From NCBI GenBank assembly GCA_050575255.1, contig JBNZDD010013610.1, positions 1,162,366-1,226,365 on the forward strand: a stretch of 64,000 nucleotides of DNA, in the 5' to 3' direction. Under the pieces are notes generated by a model. The model had not been told where the DNA came from, did not search any database, and saw only the letters and a program-made list of their open reading frames with translations. A program made the translations under genes and the position numbers. Shown here one piece after another: positions 1-12,696 of this stretch. The first letter of the stretch is position 1; each line of letters begins with the position of its first letter. The stretch is from Harriotta raleighana. Taxonomy: Eukaryota.

Positions 1-300
1 AGGAGGGGAGTGGAAGGCATGGTCGAAGAGGAAGGTCTTGAAACTGGCCTTGAAGGAGGAATGGGAGGACGTGAGGTGAAGGGATTGCTGGATGGAGTTC
101 CAGAGTGTGGGGTCAGAGAGGCTGAAAGCCTGGCCACCGATGGTTGAGCGGTTAGGGTGGTGGACGCGGAGCAGGCCAGAATCTGCTGAGCAGAGAGGGT
201 GGGCAGGCAGATAGGGAGACAGCAGTTCAGAGAGATAGCAGTTCAGAGAGATAGGAGGGGGCAAGGCCGTGAATGGCCTTGAAAATGAAAGGTAGAGTGC
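1..300 (-). mobile_element. L2-type LINE 3' ORF2 fragment (truncated by window edge)
   Basis: Reverse strand resembles the L2 ORF2 C-terminus (..GQAFSLSDPTLWNSI..SFKASFKTFLFD..); same family as fragments at 26255, 39165 and 53310. Boundaries approximate. Confidence 0.65.
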
Positions 301-560
301 TATGGTGTGGGTGAGGGGGGTGCAGAGAGGGGAGTTTAAACAGGCTTTATGTCACCACTTTATGTTACCACAGAGTTGAGTTACACAAAGTTAAATAAAG
401 GTTGATTCAAAACTGTTTAAGCACTTGCAGTGGTGCTCTAACCATGTGCCCCAGATCAGATCAAAAAGCTGCAGTTAATGAGTGGAGCTAGAATAACACT
501 GAGCAGCAATGACAACACATACACACACCTCCTGGGTTGTCAGAGTAAAGACAGCAGCTG

Positions 561-568
561 TATAAATA
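561..568 (+). promoter_or_regulatory. TATA box of BCO1-like gene
   Basis: TATAAATA about 100 bp upstream of the ATG at 660. Confidence 0.65.
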
Positions 569-659
569 GTGTAAAGATTGCGGAAGAGCATACACTGAGG
601 ACCGAACTGTACTCTCTCTCTCCCTCCCTCCAGGGCAGCTCACTTGATAATCGGTCACT

Positions 660-3600
660 ATGCAAACGCTCTTTGGAGACAATAAGAAAGAGAGCCCGAA
701 TCCTGTCAAAGCACAAATTCGAGGTGAGGATTACTTCTTTATTGCTTTTCTTTTAATATACAAAGGCTGTTAACGGCACAGAGCAGGAAATTCCCAGGGT
801 CAGAAAAAGCAAAGCACTTTATACTATAATGTCTGTGTGGGGTGAATGGGGAACAGAGTTAAAGGGACTTTTAAAATACGAGAAGCGAAAAGGATTACAT
901 TATTTTCCAAACAGAAGTCACATTTAACGATTGATCAATGTTGAACCATAAGGTTATCAACAATTATCAGTAATGAAATGCGATTTATATCATATTTAAT
1001 TAATGGTATTCCTTGTCCGATTGTATAAGGAATGGAGCTTTCTGCTTCCCTGAATTGTTAAGAGAGAAATCTCTGAACAAATACAACAGACACTGTAGTA
1101 TTGTTATATTATCATGAATCACACGTCACAACAATTAGGAGAAATAACACAATTGCAGACATATAATGTATATCAGAGCAGCAGTTTGAACCTGAAGTGA
1201 TGTGATGCTGAGCCTTGTTGTTTATACAAAGGACTATCGAATAACATGTAATTTATAGGGCTGTAGGGTAACAGCGGGATTGGGACTAGTTGGTAGCTCT
1301 TTCAAAGAGCCAGCACTGGCATGATGGACCGAATGGCCTTCTTCTGTGCTGTAAGATTCTATAATTCAATATCCCAGGGACTACCTGAGTTGTACAATGG
1401 GCTTCACAATGGAACCTGTCCTGTCTTGTCCTGTCCGCTTGTTCAGTTGAACATTTAAAGATCCCATGGCACAAATAAATGAAAAAGGGGATACAGTTTC
1501 TCTCTCCAATAATTTTCCAGATAAAACTAGTTCCACACAGCATGGCAATGTGTGGGCACATCGCTGTGTGCAGATTGGCTGCTACGTTTGCCTAGAGTAA
1601 ACAATACTTGATAGTAAATCCTTTGGAATGCTTTAGATGCTGTAAGATTGTATGATTCTACAATTCTATAAACACAGGAAGTACCAGAGTTTTCACAATG
1701 GATTTCTCATGTGAAAGGCACTTTCTCAAATGCAATTATTATTGTTTCTATTATTATTTATTTCAAAATTGGAAGCAAAAATTTGTGAATTTCATTTGTT
1801 GCTTGGTTGGGGTGGGGGGTGGACGGAGATATGCAAATTGATATATATATGTAGTATTATTTTTGCATTAACTTCTAATACTATGAGCAGTGTATAGTAA
1901 TGTCATCTTACATTGCAATTTTATTTGTTTTAAATAGGTGAAATTCCAGAATGGTTACAAGGAACACTTATTCGGAATGGACCCGGTATGCACAGAATCG
2001 GAGACACTGCGTACAACCACTGGTTTGATGGGATGGCATTACTGCATTCTTTCACTTTCAAAGCTGGTACGTTGATGTTGAGCTCAAATGACCAATTCTT
2101 ATACGTGAGATTTAACAATATCAGCTAATGAAACAAATCGATTTTTAATACTATTATCCATAAATTGATGCAATCAGCAATAGGAATAAACCTGAACTGT
2201 TACCAATCATAGGATCGTAGAACCCTATAACACAGAAGGAGGCCATTGGTCCTAACCCCCTTTCTTTTTTCCCTTGCATTGGTGTAGATCGCTTGCTTGG
2301 ATTGGTTGGAGCGAGTGCCTGTTTCAGTGCTGTACATTCATTGTAATTTTTGAAATTAATTAAGGGTGGTAGAAATTCTCACCCCCAAAAGATTGTGGAT
2401 GCTTGATCTATCCACACCTTCAAGATCAAGGTTGATAGAGTTTGGTACGTCAGGGTATTAAAGGATAAGCAGGAAATTGGAATTGAAAGTATTCGTTGCT
2501 AATTAAATGGCAGAACAGGTTTGAAGGGCTAAATGGCCGACTCTTTTCTATGTTCCCAATTGTCTCCTACCCTGTTTCCTTTTAGATTAAAATAAAACAT
2601 GGGCCAGTTGAGGCTGATCAACACATGTGTCCATGCAACCAAGATGCTAAAAGTCTAGAAAATTGGTAAAGAGAATAATAATAATCCTTGCATTTGATAT
2701 AGCGCTTTTCAGTCTTCTAGACATCCCAGATTGTAAAATGAATTGACTTTATTTGTGGGTAAAACTCGATAGCCAATTGCACACAGCAGTGTCCCACAAA
2801 CAGTTGTAGATTAAAATAATAATGAATAATAATAATAATAATAATCCTTGCATTTGATATAGCGCTTTTCATATCTTATCAATGTCTCAATATACTGTAA
2901 AGTGAATTGACTGTATACAATTGTGGGCGAAACGCTGCAGCCAATTGTGCACAGCATTAAAGTAACCAATTTATTATTGTTTTTTTTTGAGGGATTAGTA
3001 TTAGGTGTGTGGAGTAAGGAAACTTGCCCAAGGTTTCGCCATGACCTGCCTGGAATCGAACCCAGGTCTCTTGGTTGCAAGACAAGTGCTCTAACCACTG
3101 CACTACAGCAATCCAAGACTGAAATTGTGAATCGAAACATAACTCTTGTGCATGAATTATGATTTTCTTTTTTGAATTTTTAAACATAGGTGAGATATTC
3201 TACAGGAGTAGGTACCTGCGTAGCGATACTTACAGGAGTAACATGGAAGCCAACAGGATTGTAGTGTCTGAGTTTGGAACAATGGCTTATCCAGATCCGT
3301 GCAAGAATATTTTTGCCAAGTAAGCATTCCGAGCATTGAGATTTCCAAAGTTATTTTACAGTAAAAAAAAGTTAAATTTTTGATTAAGATTGAAAAATGT
3401 ATTGTTGTCAATTTTATTTTAAAGTAAGTTTTTTTGTTATTAAATTTTACAGGGCGTTTTCCTATCTGTCGCACGTTATTCCAGATTTCACTGATAATTG
3501 TTTAATTAATATAATAAGATGCGGTGAGGATCTCTATGCATCCACAGAGACCAACTATATCAGAAAGATAGACCTGGAGTCTCTCGAAACGATCGAAAAG

Positions 3601-6600
3601 GTGAGGTTGCTTGCAAGAAACTGTCCCGGTTTCTAATTCAGGTCTCCATCATTAATATATAAACCTGAACAAACGTAAATGATTAATTTGTTCAATCGAA
3701 TACATTCCGCGGAATTGATGACATGTTTTTCAGATAAATTTATATTGGAAAGATTCAATATATTCATTCTTGATTTGAGGCTATGGTAAATATACAATGA
3801 CAACAAATTTACATTTACAGCCTGCCTTTTTTCACATTGGAGTATGTTCGAAAGTGGTGGTTAAAAAAAAACCTTGATTTATTTAACTAATAAATTTCAA
3901 ATGGATGGAAGATGTCATTCAATGCAAAATCCAATTTACAGTGGTTGGCTGCATGGATGAAAGACAGGTGAGATGGACATGAACTGGGATAGATCCAGTA
4001 AGGATAGAGATGCCACTAATTGTATTACAGATAAAGCATTTTGTATCAAGAATGAATAATTCAATACAATTGATGGAAAGCATTGTATATTGAGACCATT
4101 TTAGCACCCCCAACAGCCCCCAAATTTCTGTGATACTCTTTAACAGATTTCATCACTTCATGCATTTTTCAAAACTTAGCGTTGTAACCCTTCGGAAAAT
4201 CATTGCTGTCAATTTATAAATCACATTGAGCACAAAAATAAAAATGACCATTCTAAGAACCTTTCTGCACTTGAATAGGTTGACTATAGAAAATACGTAG
4301 CATTGAACTTGGCCACGTCCCATCCCCATTATGATTCAAATGGAAACACTTACAACATGGGCACCTCCATAGGAGAAAAGGGGAAGACAAAGTACCTGAT
4401 TGTAAAGATACCACCAAATAAACCAGGTAACTCACAGCTTGCTTACAGGTTAGTTATACCTGAAGTTTTAGGTGCACGTTTAGTTGCTATGACTTAAGGG
4501 GCTCCACTGAGTTCAGAATACAGCAACTCAACTGAAAAGCCAAAACTTTCACAGGAAACTTTCCGTAATATCTTTCAATTGGATAGCACAGTTGTTCACT
4601 TCCAGTCGCCTTTAAAACTTTTACCTTTAAGCACTCTGTTTCTCTGTTTCCAAACAGGTGACAAGAAGCACGCATGCTTTAAAAATTGTGAAGTGATATG
4701 TTCCATCCCTTCTCGTACGCTCCTCAGCCCCAGTTACTTCCACAGTTTTGGAATGACTGAGAACTACATCATCTTCATCGAACAGCCATTTAAACTGGAT
4801 ATTCTTAAACTGGCGACTGCCTACTTCAGAGGAGTGAACTGGGCCAGCTGTCTGGGGTGGTTTCCGGATGACAAGGTATTCTCTCCTGTACCAGTAACCT
4901 GTTTGATGAACTCTGCTTTAACGCACTTTGTTTTCGCACTGGTTTGCTTATTCGGGTGTGGTACCCAACATTTGCCTTCCATTCAATCTAAGATACACAC
5001 AAAATGCCTGCTGCACATGTGCAACACACAGCAGCTGGAATAAAAGAACTGCTATGTGCACTCAATAACCAGTCACTACACATTACAGCTAATCATGTGA
5101 AGCATTTTGAGATATTTCAATGATGTGACAAGTGCTGCATCAAATGCAAGGATTATTTATCTTTTTTTTTCCAGACGTATATTCACCTTATCGACAGAGA
5201 GACAAATAAGGTTTTATCTACAAAGTTCTACACAGATGCCCTGGTAGTTTACCATCACGTCAATGCCTATGAGGAAGATGGCCATGTAGTCTTTGATGTT
5301 ATTGCGTACAACGATAACAGTTTGTATGAAATGTTTTACTTGAAAAACTTAAGGCTGGATGATGCTGAATTCGAAAAACAAGGCAAGAATTTTTCTTCTC
5401 CATCTTGCAGAAGATTTGTTATCCCATTACTACAGGACAAGGTAAAGCATCATCATGTCTGCATTCCTTCAATAAACTATTACTGTTGGGCAGGACAGTA
5501 TATTCTATATAAGCAGGTGAAACTGATGGACTGGTTATAGCATTGATCAATTGAGATGGCACCATAAGACCATTTCACCAACAATATATGTGCTGGTGTA
5601 AAATCCCCTACTAAAATTATCGGATCCATTCCCCTAACCCTAATCTTTGATATTATTTTCCCAAAGTATTTAAATATACAGTATATTGTATATGTATATA
5701 ATTTGTATAAGTAATAAGTAATTTTATATATTGTGTATTTCATCCACACATATAATCAATTCACTTTACAGTATATTCTGTGAAGTACTTTGGGACAAGC
5801 ACTGCATCAAAAGAAAGGATTATTATTATTATTTATCTAATTCTGGGTTAAATACTACCATTGATTCAGCTTCAAGTGCCATTTGGGATAAGGCATTCAT
5901 TATTGCATGAACTCTCTGTGAAAACCTCCCCCTTTTATTCTAGTGGCTATAATCCTAAAATTTGAATAAGGTAATGATTTGGTGCCATTGGAAATCTGCA
6001 ATTAAATCCATGCCAGCAGAATAGGATGCTTTCCTTGTGAAAAGTTACACAATCTTGCAAGAGTAAATTTGTTAAATTGATGGGTTAAATATAAAGAACG
6101 AACATTACTCATTCACAAACAAAAACAGAAGTTGCTGGGAAAACTCAGCAGGTCAGGCAGCATCCATGGAGAAAGGAAAGTGACAAATTGACGAAGGGTC
6201 ATGGACCCGAAATGTTGACTCACTTTCCTTTCTCCATGGATGCTGCCTGACCTGCTGAGTTTTCCCAGCAACTTCAGTTTTTGTTTCAGATTTCCAGCAT
6301 TTTGTGTTTTGTTTATTATTCATTCACAGTCAATTCATAGTCCCAAAAGCCTATCAAGGCCTATTAAGGAAAAATGTTGGATGACACTTTGACCAGTCAG
6401 TCATCAGTACTTGTGCCCCTTTAGTGAAGGGAGCTCCTGTGGCTCAGTGGTTAGAGCACTCGCCTTATATGCCTTACAAGCATGAGACCTGTGTTCGAAT
6501 CCAGGCAGATCAGGGCGAAACCTTGGGCAAGTTTCCTTATTCCACATGCCTAATAATAATCCCTCCAAAAAAAACTAAAATAATAAAAAAATTGGTCATT

Positions 6601-9600
6601 TCAATCCATGACTGTTTGTGGGACACTGCTGTGCGCAATTGGCTGCCGCATTCCGCCCACAAATATACAGTATATTCTGTGAAGTGCTTTGGGACGTTGA
6701 TAAGATGTGAAAAGCGCTATAACAAATGCAAGGATTATTATTATTATTATTAGTGTGACTACAGCTCTCAGGAGAGAGGTATGTCAAGAAATAATAATAA
6801 TAATCCTTGCATTTGATATAGCACATTTCACATCTTCAAGACGTCACAAAGTCAGAATATACAGTAAAGTGAGTTGACTGCATATGTGTGGGAGAAACAC
6901 GGCAGCTAATTGCAAACATCAGTGGTGTTTTATTAATGCTGTCACTTTTATAGAATGCAGAATTAGGCACAAATGTTGTCAAACTTGGAAGCACAACAGC
7001 AAGGGCACTGAAGGAGAAAGATGGATTCACATACTGCAAGCCTGAAATATTATTTGAAGGTAATTCAAGCAAAGGTTGTTGATTGATACTGATGGATTAT
7101 AAATGAGTATGGTCTTAAATAGACCTTTATTAATTGTTGGAAAAATATATATAATTAAGTGCTAAACTTCTTTATCAATTTTTTTTTACTAACTAACAGG
7201 CCTGATGTTACAGCCAAATACTGTTTTAATAACTTTTAATTATTTACAAAAATGAAGAGGGAACAGTATACTTTAAATCCATTTACTTTCACAGTACATT
7301 TGTTTATCCTATGGTGGCTCTTTACTTCAACAGCAATAATTGGGTTAACAGGAATTGATTCAGGAAATCAGCCAGAAGCAAATTAAGGAACATAAGAATT
7401 AGGAGCAGGAGTAGGCCATTCAGCCCTTCGAGCCTGCCCCGCCATTCAATAAGATCATGGCTGATCTTCTGACCTAACTCTAATTACCTGCCCTATCCCC
7501 ACATCCCCTAATCCCTCTATTTTTTAAAAATCTATCGCTCTCAGCCTTGAAAATGTTCAAGGACTGAGCATCTACAGCCTTCTGGAGTAATGAATTCCAT
7601 AAATTCACTACCCTCTGAGTGAAGAAATGTTTCCTCAACTCTGTTCTAAAAGACTGATCCTTAATTTTAAGACTGTGATCCCTGGTTATAAATTCTCCAA
7701 CAGGAGAAACAGTCCCTCAGTATCTACTTTATCCAGCCCTTTAAGAATCTTATATGTTTCAATAAGATTCCCCCTAATTCTTCTGTATTCTAGAGAATAC
7801 AGCCCTAGTTTATTCATCCTATCCTTATAGGTCAGTCCCCTCATCCCAGAAACTAACCTAGTGAATCTACGCTGCACCCCATCTAAGCCATGTATGTCCT
7901 TTTTTAAATAAGGAGACCAAAACTGCACACAATACTCTAGGTGCGGTCTCACCAAAGCCCTATATAGTTGCAGCAAGACTTCCCTATTCTTGTACTCTAA
8001 ACCTTTTGAAATGAACGCTAGCATGTCGCTCGTCTTAGTTGCTTGCTGCACCTGCAAACTAACTTTTTGAGGTGTACAAGGACACCCAAATCCCTTTGAA
8101 TACTAACACCATTTAACCTCTCCCCCTCCAGAAAATAATCTATTCTTTTATTTTTGCTACCTAGGTGAATAATTTCATACTTGCCAACATTAAATTCCAT
8201 CTGCCACCTATTTGCCCACTCCCCTAGCCTATCTATATCTTGTTGCAATCTTTTTGCATCATCCTCAGAGATCACTCTCCTACCTAGTTTAGAGTCATCC
8301 GCGAATTTAGACATATTACATTCAATGTCCTCGTCTAGATCAGTGATGCAAATAGTAAATAGCTGAGGCCCAAGCACTGACCCTTGTGGCACTCCACTAG
8401 TTATATCCTGCCAATTTGAGAAAGTATGCCTTTCTCAGTTCACTCTCTGCTGAGTGTGAACTTAAGACATTCTGTTGATTATAAAGATCACATTGCCAAT
8501 GAAAGCCTTTCCTGCTTTTGAAAGTTAATACAGATGAGAAATTGCAAACTTCAGTTTATCAATAGTAAATTATCTTAATTGGAATCATATCCTACTTTAT
8601 AGAAGTGAATTACACAAAGCGTATTCTACGCTTCACGAAAAGTGCCCAGATATGCAAACAAATTCCACTTTCATTCAATCATTAAATTCAATTGCTTTCC
8701 AGGAATAGAACTGCCGCGGATAAACTATGACTACAATGGCAAAAAGTACCGATACATCTATGCATCCAAGGTTGAGTGGCGTCCACTACCAACAAAGGTA
8801 CAGTGTGTGATTGTAGAGGAGTGAGAAGAGAAAGAAGTAGAACATTTATTATTTATTTGTATATTATTCATTTTTGACGATTTGGATTGGTTTTGTATTT
8901 AAAGAAAGGCACAGTTGTCACGTCACAATTTCTCTGTAAATTCATTGAAAAGTGGTAAATGATAAGTTATAGCTTTGAATGAAAACTAATTTTCACTTAC
9001 CTAAGTCCCTTTTGAATGCAAATGTGGATAAGATGTGGAATACAAGGAAAGTGTGGGAACTATTACTTTTGTTTATATAGGACTCATTGAGGCGGTAGTA
9101 CTGCTGAGCATTTATTCAGCGAAATTCTTGAAAGAGCCCTTCAAATTAGACTTCACAGGTGCTCCAACCTGGGAACTTCAAAACAGAAAAATATGGATTG
9201 CTCTTTGCAATAATAATAATCCTTGTATTTTGATATAGCGCTTTTCATGTCTTCTAGAATATACTGTAAAGAGAATTAACTATATGTATATATATATATA
9301 TGTGGGCAAAACGTGGCAGCCAATTACACACAGCAGTGTCCCACAAACAGTCATAAATTGAAATAATCAAATTTATTATTGTTATATAACAATTGTATAA
9401 GGCATAGTTTGCAAACTTAAATCATTTTAAGCCACACCTATTTTCCAGTTCATTAAAACCAATGAAACAATTATTTTCCAGATCATAAAATGTGATATTC
9501 TAACTAGAACCTGCTATGAATGGAGAGAGGACCAATGCTGGCCAGCAGAGCCAGTCTTTGTCAGAGCACCAGAGGCCAAAGAGGAAGATGATGGTGACTA

Positions 9601-10351
9601 GCATCTGTTTCATTCCAAATGTATCTGAGAACTGGTATCAGAGACTCAAAGCAGATCATTAAAATCAATGTCATTAAGTCAATGTCAATAAAATAAGTTT
9701 GTCAAAATAATTCACTTTTTTTTTAAAAATTGTCATTTTCTTAAATAATTGCTCTCTACATTATAACGTATCTCTATATATAAACAACAACAACAACAAA
9801 ATGACACTTGTACAGCGCCTTTCACATCAGGAGGATGTCCCAAGGTGCTGGACAATCATTGTTTCAGACCTGAGCTGTACAAATAGATTATAGATTTATT
9901 AGAGTAAACTTCATATAAGTCATATCAGTTGGGACTGTATGCAAAATTGTATACATTTGTATATTATATTTTAATAAATCTTTTATTTATAATGTATAAT
10001 GTATAAAATAAATGACAAGTGTCATCCACCAATTCCACCCACTCATAAATTGGTAGTATTTAGAAAACTTCCTGATTAGATATTTTAAAATTTGCCTGCT
10101 GTTAATGTGATAAACATCGGTTGCAACAATAACCTACACTGAAATGCACGTTCAAAAGAAACTATAATATGCTAGACTTGTTTTTGAATTGTTTTCCAGG
10201 TGTCCTGCTTTCTTCCATTGTGTCTTCTGATCCCGAGACACCCTCGTTTTTGCTTGTACTTGATGCAAAGACTTTCAAAGAACTGGGTCGTGCATCAGTT
10301 ACAGCAGATGTACATCTTGACCTGCATGGTCTCTTCATTCCTGAAAAGTAG
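660..10351 (+). CDS. BCO1: Beta-carotene 15,15'-oxygenase (BCO1 or its paralogue BCO1-like), 11 coding exons, 522 aa
   Basis: Exons 660-723, 1938-2066, 3190-3319, 3453-3600, 4279-4426, 4658-4875, 5175-5441, 6954-7059, 8703-8797, 9482-9593, 10200-10351; all GT-AG; sum 1569 nt in frame. Protein MQTLFGDNKKESPNPVKAQIRGEIPEWLQGTLIRNGPG..HWFDG..EFGTMAYPDPCKNIF..EPVFV..EEDDG..LDLHGLFIPEK*. Four iron-binding His of carotenoid oxygenases present (SHPH, YFHS, YHHV, LHG). Confidence 0.95.
2817..3114 (-). mobile_element. tRNA-headed Deu-core SINE, near full length (BCO1 intron 2)
   Basis: Minus strand: A box ..AGTGGTTAGAGC, B box GGTTCGATTCC, core GCTGTGCACAATTGGCTGC, tail GAAAAGCGCTATATCAAATGCAAGG(ATT)n. 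A second partial copy lies at about 2674-2810. Confidence 0.85.
6104..6328. mobile_element. Hairpin (fold-back) element, probably Penelope-like-derived, with 14-bp TSD and hammerhead-like loop (BCO1 intron 7)
   Basis: 67-bp inverted arms 6117-6183 / 6220-6286 (1 mismatch); flanking direct repeats ATTACTCATTCACA (6104-6117) and ATTATTCATTCACA (6315-6328); loop contains TTGACGAAGGGTCATGGACCCGAAATGTTGAC. Confidence 0.8.
6430..6751 (+). mobile_element. tRNA-headed Deu-core SINE, full length (BCO1 intron 7)
   Basis: Head GGAGCTCCTGTGGCTCAGTGGTTAGAGCACTCGCCTTA.., B box GTTCGAATCC, core TGTGGGACACTGCTGTGCGCAATTGGCTGCCGC, (ATT)n tail; an oppositely oriented partial copy follows at about 6790-6925. 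Confidence 0.88.
7388..8420 (-). mobile_element. CR1-type LINE, 5'-truncated, frameshifted RT C-terminus plus 3' UTR (BCO1 intron 8)
   Basis: ORFs 8018-8392 (PQGSVLGP..SKFADD..) and 7686-8057 (LYRALVRPHLEYCVQFWSP..) are CR1 ORF2 motifs; 3' end GGCTGAATGGCCTACTCCTGCTCCTAATTCTTATGTTC. Confidence 0.93.
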
Positions 10352-11712
10352 TTGAGTAAAACTACAATGAAACTAAATGACTTTTGGAGAAGTACATCAT
10401 CTGAGCGCAATTGGTTGCAGCGTTTCGCCCACAAATATTCTTCAATTCACTTTATAATACATTCTGTGAAGCACTTTGAGATGTCGATAAGATGTGAAAA
10501 ACACTATATCAAAATGCAAGGATTATTATTATCAGCAAGTTAGTGATATCCAAATGGGATACGGACATATGACTCAACAACATGCTCAGAGCTGGCTTAT
10601 ACTGAATTTACAAACTCTGTAGCACTGATTCAAATTCCGAACCCTCTAATTAAAATTATTTAAATTGCTGTGTACATTTAGAAATAATGAAGGCAACTTC
10701 TTATTTACCCATTTGCAGAATAAAACATCACCTGGAGTTAAATGTTCATCAGATAGTTCTTATTTAAAAACAGTGATGATGATCTGAGAAATATGACATT
10801 AATACAATCTACTGATGAGAATGTATCAATATTAATTTTACGTTGATGAATGTAACATTTCTATGCTATTACATGAAGGTTTATGCAGAACTATAGTATT
10901 TGTGGGTGTTCTTAATGTACGTTTTCTGTGCAACCACTAATATAATGAACTATTTTTATATATTGTAATTAATTTTGGTTTCTCGATCAGGGAAAGTTAC
11001 AGAGTTAGATTTGTTCTGATAATTTTTATTGCTGATAATTTTTGGTACATTGTGACAAATATTCAGTTGTCTGTGTGTTAAAATACAAATTTGTGTTGAA
11101 AGCCCTGAACAATTAAAACATAGTTGTTCAGAACGAATTCAATCCATGGATCATGGGGAGGGAATAAATATGTTAATCACTAGGTCACTAAAAAAGTAAA
11201 ATAGTATTACAGTATAAAAAATATTAACAGCGTGCCAAAATGTCATATTACCAAACAATAAGTTTTATTTATCTGAAATGTGATGTTGAGAGTCCTATGC
11301 AACTACACAGCCTTTTAATCCAATTTAGATTTGTTTGAGTGTCATTTAATTAGCATTGCTAAATCCTTATTAAGACATTATTTAATAAATTACTGTGATC
11401 TTAATCTTACCCTAATACAAATAGTTCCCTGAAACAAATAAAGATTTTAAGCTTAAACTATTAAATGCTTCACAGAGTGCGTGACTGTTGGTACATTTGA
11501 TTTTGTATTTTTGTGCGATTATTGGTGCTCCCCATTCTGAAGTGTGGTCAAAAAAGTCAATGCAACAAACAACCGAGTGACCTTGGCAGTTATTCAACCA
11601 CTGGCCTAAAAACAAGTCCAATCAATAAACTAAATTGTGAAGTACTTTACCCCCCTCAAATGTCTCCTTCTGTCCTATGTTCCTAGACAAACCTCTCTTA
11701 CGCCATCCCCCA

Positions 11713-12696
11713 CAGGCCAGTCAATCTAATGTCGGTAGTGAGCAAACTTCTGGAGTCTATAATCAGGGACAAGATAGATCTTCACTTAGAAAGGTATAGG
11801 CTAATAAAGGACAGCCAGCATGGATTTGTTAACGGGAAATCTTGCCTTACAAATCTGATAGAATTTTTTGTTGAGGCAACGGAATGGGTGGACAAAGGCA
11901 GCGCAGTTGAATTAATTTACATGGACTTTCAAAAGACATTTGACAAAGTGCCGCATGAGAGGCTTATTAGGAAAATAGAGGCCCACGGCGTTAAAGGGAC
12001 AGTGGCAGCATGGATCCACAACTGGGTGTGAGACAGAAAGCAGAAAGTTGTGGTGAGTGGCTGTTTTTCAGACTGGAGGGAAGTGTGCAGTGGCGTTCCC
12101 CAGGGATCGATTTTGGGACCACTGCTCTTTTTAATATACATTAATGATCTGGACTTGGGTGTAGGGAGCACAGTTTCCAAATTTACAGATGATACTAAGT
12201 TATGGAGAAGAGTAAATAGTGAGGAGGATAATAACCATCTGCAAGAAGATATAGATAAAATGGTAAAGTGGGCAGACACATGGCAGATCAAGTTTAATGC
12301 AGAGAAGTGTGAGATGATACATTTTGGGAGAAGAAATGAGGGGAGGCAATATAGGCTAGATAGTACAATTTTAAGGGATGTGAGGAAACAGAGAGACCTG
12401 GGGATGTGACTCGTGGTCACAGATTTAAAATAGTTTCCAAACGAAGCAGAGGAGAGTTGAGGAGAAATTTTTCACTTAGCGGGTTGTTTGAATCTAGAAA
12501 GCATTGCCTGAAAAGGTGGTGGAGGCCAATTCGATAACAGCTTTTTAAAGAGAATTAGATTTTTATTGAGGGAGAACAGGTCTGTTAGGTAATGGGGAGA
12601 AAGCTGGGCAGTGGGATTGAGTTGCTCTTTTCAAAGAGGCGGCACAGATTAGATGGGCCGAATGGGCTCCTTTTGTGCCGTAAAATTCTATGATTC
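11713..12696 (+). mobile_element. CR1-type LINE fragment, degenerate RT plus 3' end
   Basis: ORFs 11729-12031 (QHGF..KSCLTNLIEFF..YMDFQKTFDKVPH) and 12050-12409 (GVPQGSILGPLLFLIYINDLD..KFTDDTK) with stops and an internal deletion; 3' end GATGGGCCGAATGGGCTCCT..TTCTATGATTC. Confidence 0.93.

Noticed and set aside
478-756. 92-aa ORF over the BCO1 promoter and exon 1
   Set aside because: Starts upstream of the TATA box, is out of frame with the real exon 1 (ATG 660) and has no recognisable homology.
2811-3187. Recurrent ORFs containing CGTLLCAIGC / [11 protein letters not shown] peptides (also 6424, 36747, 46054, 53148)
   Set aside because: Chance translations of the same SINE, not a protein family.
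11929-12420. 163-aa minus-strand ORF
   Set aside because: Antisense reading of the CR1 RT fragment.
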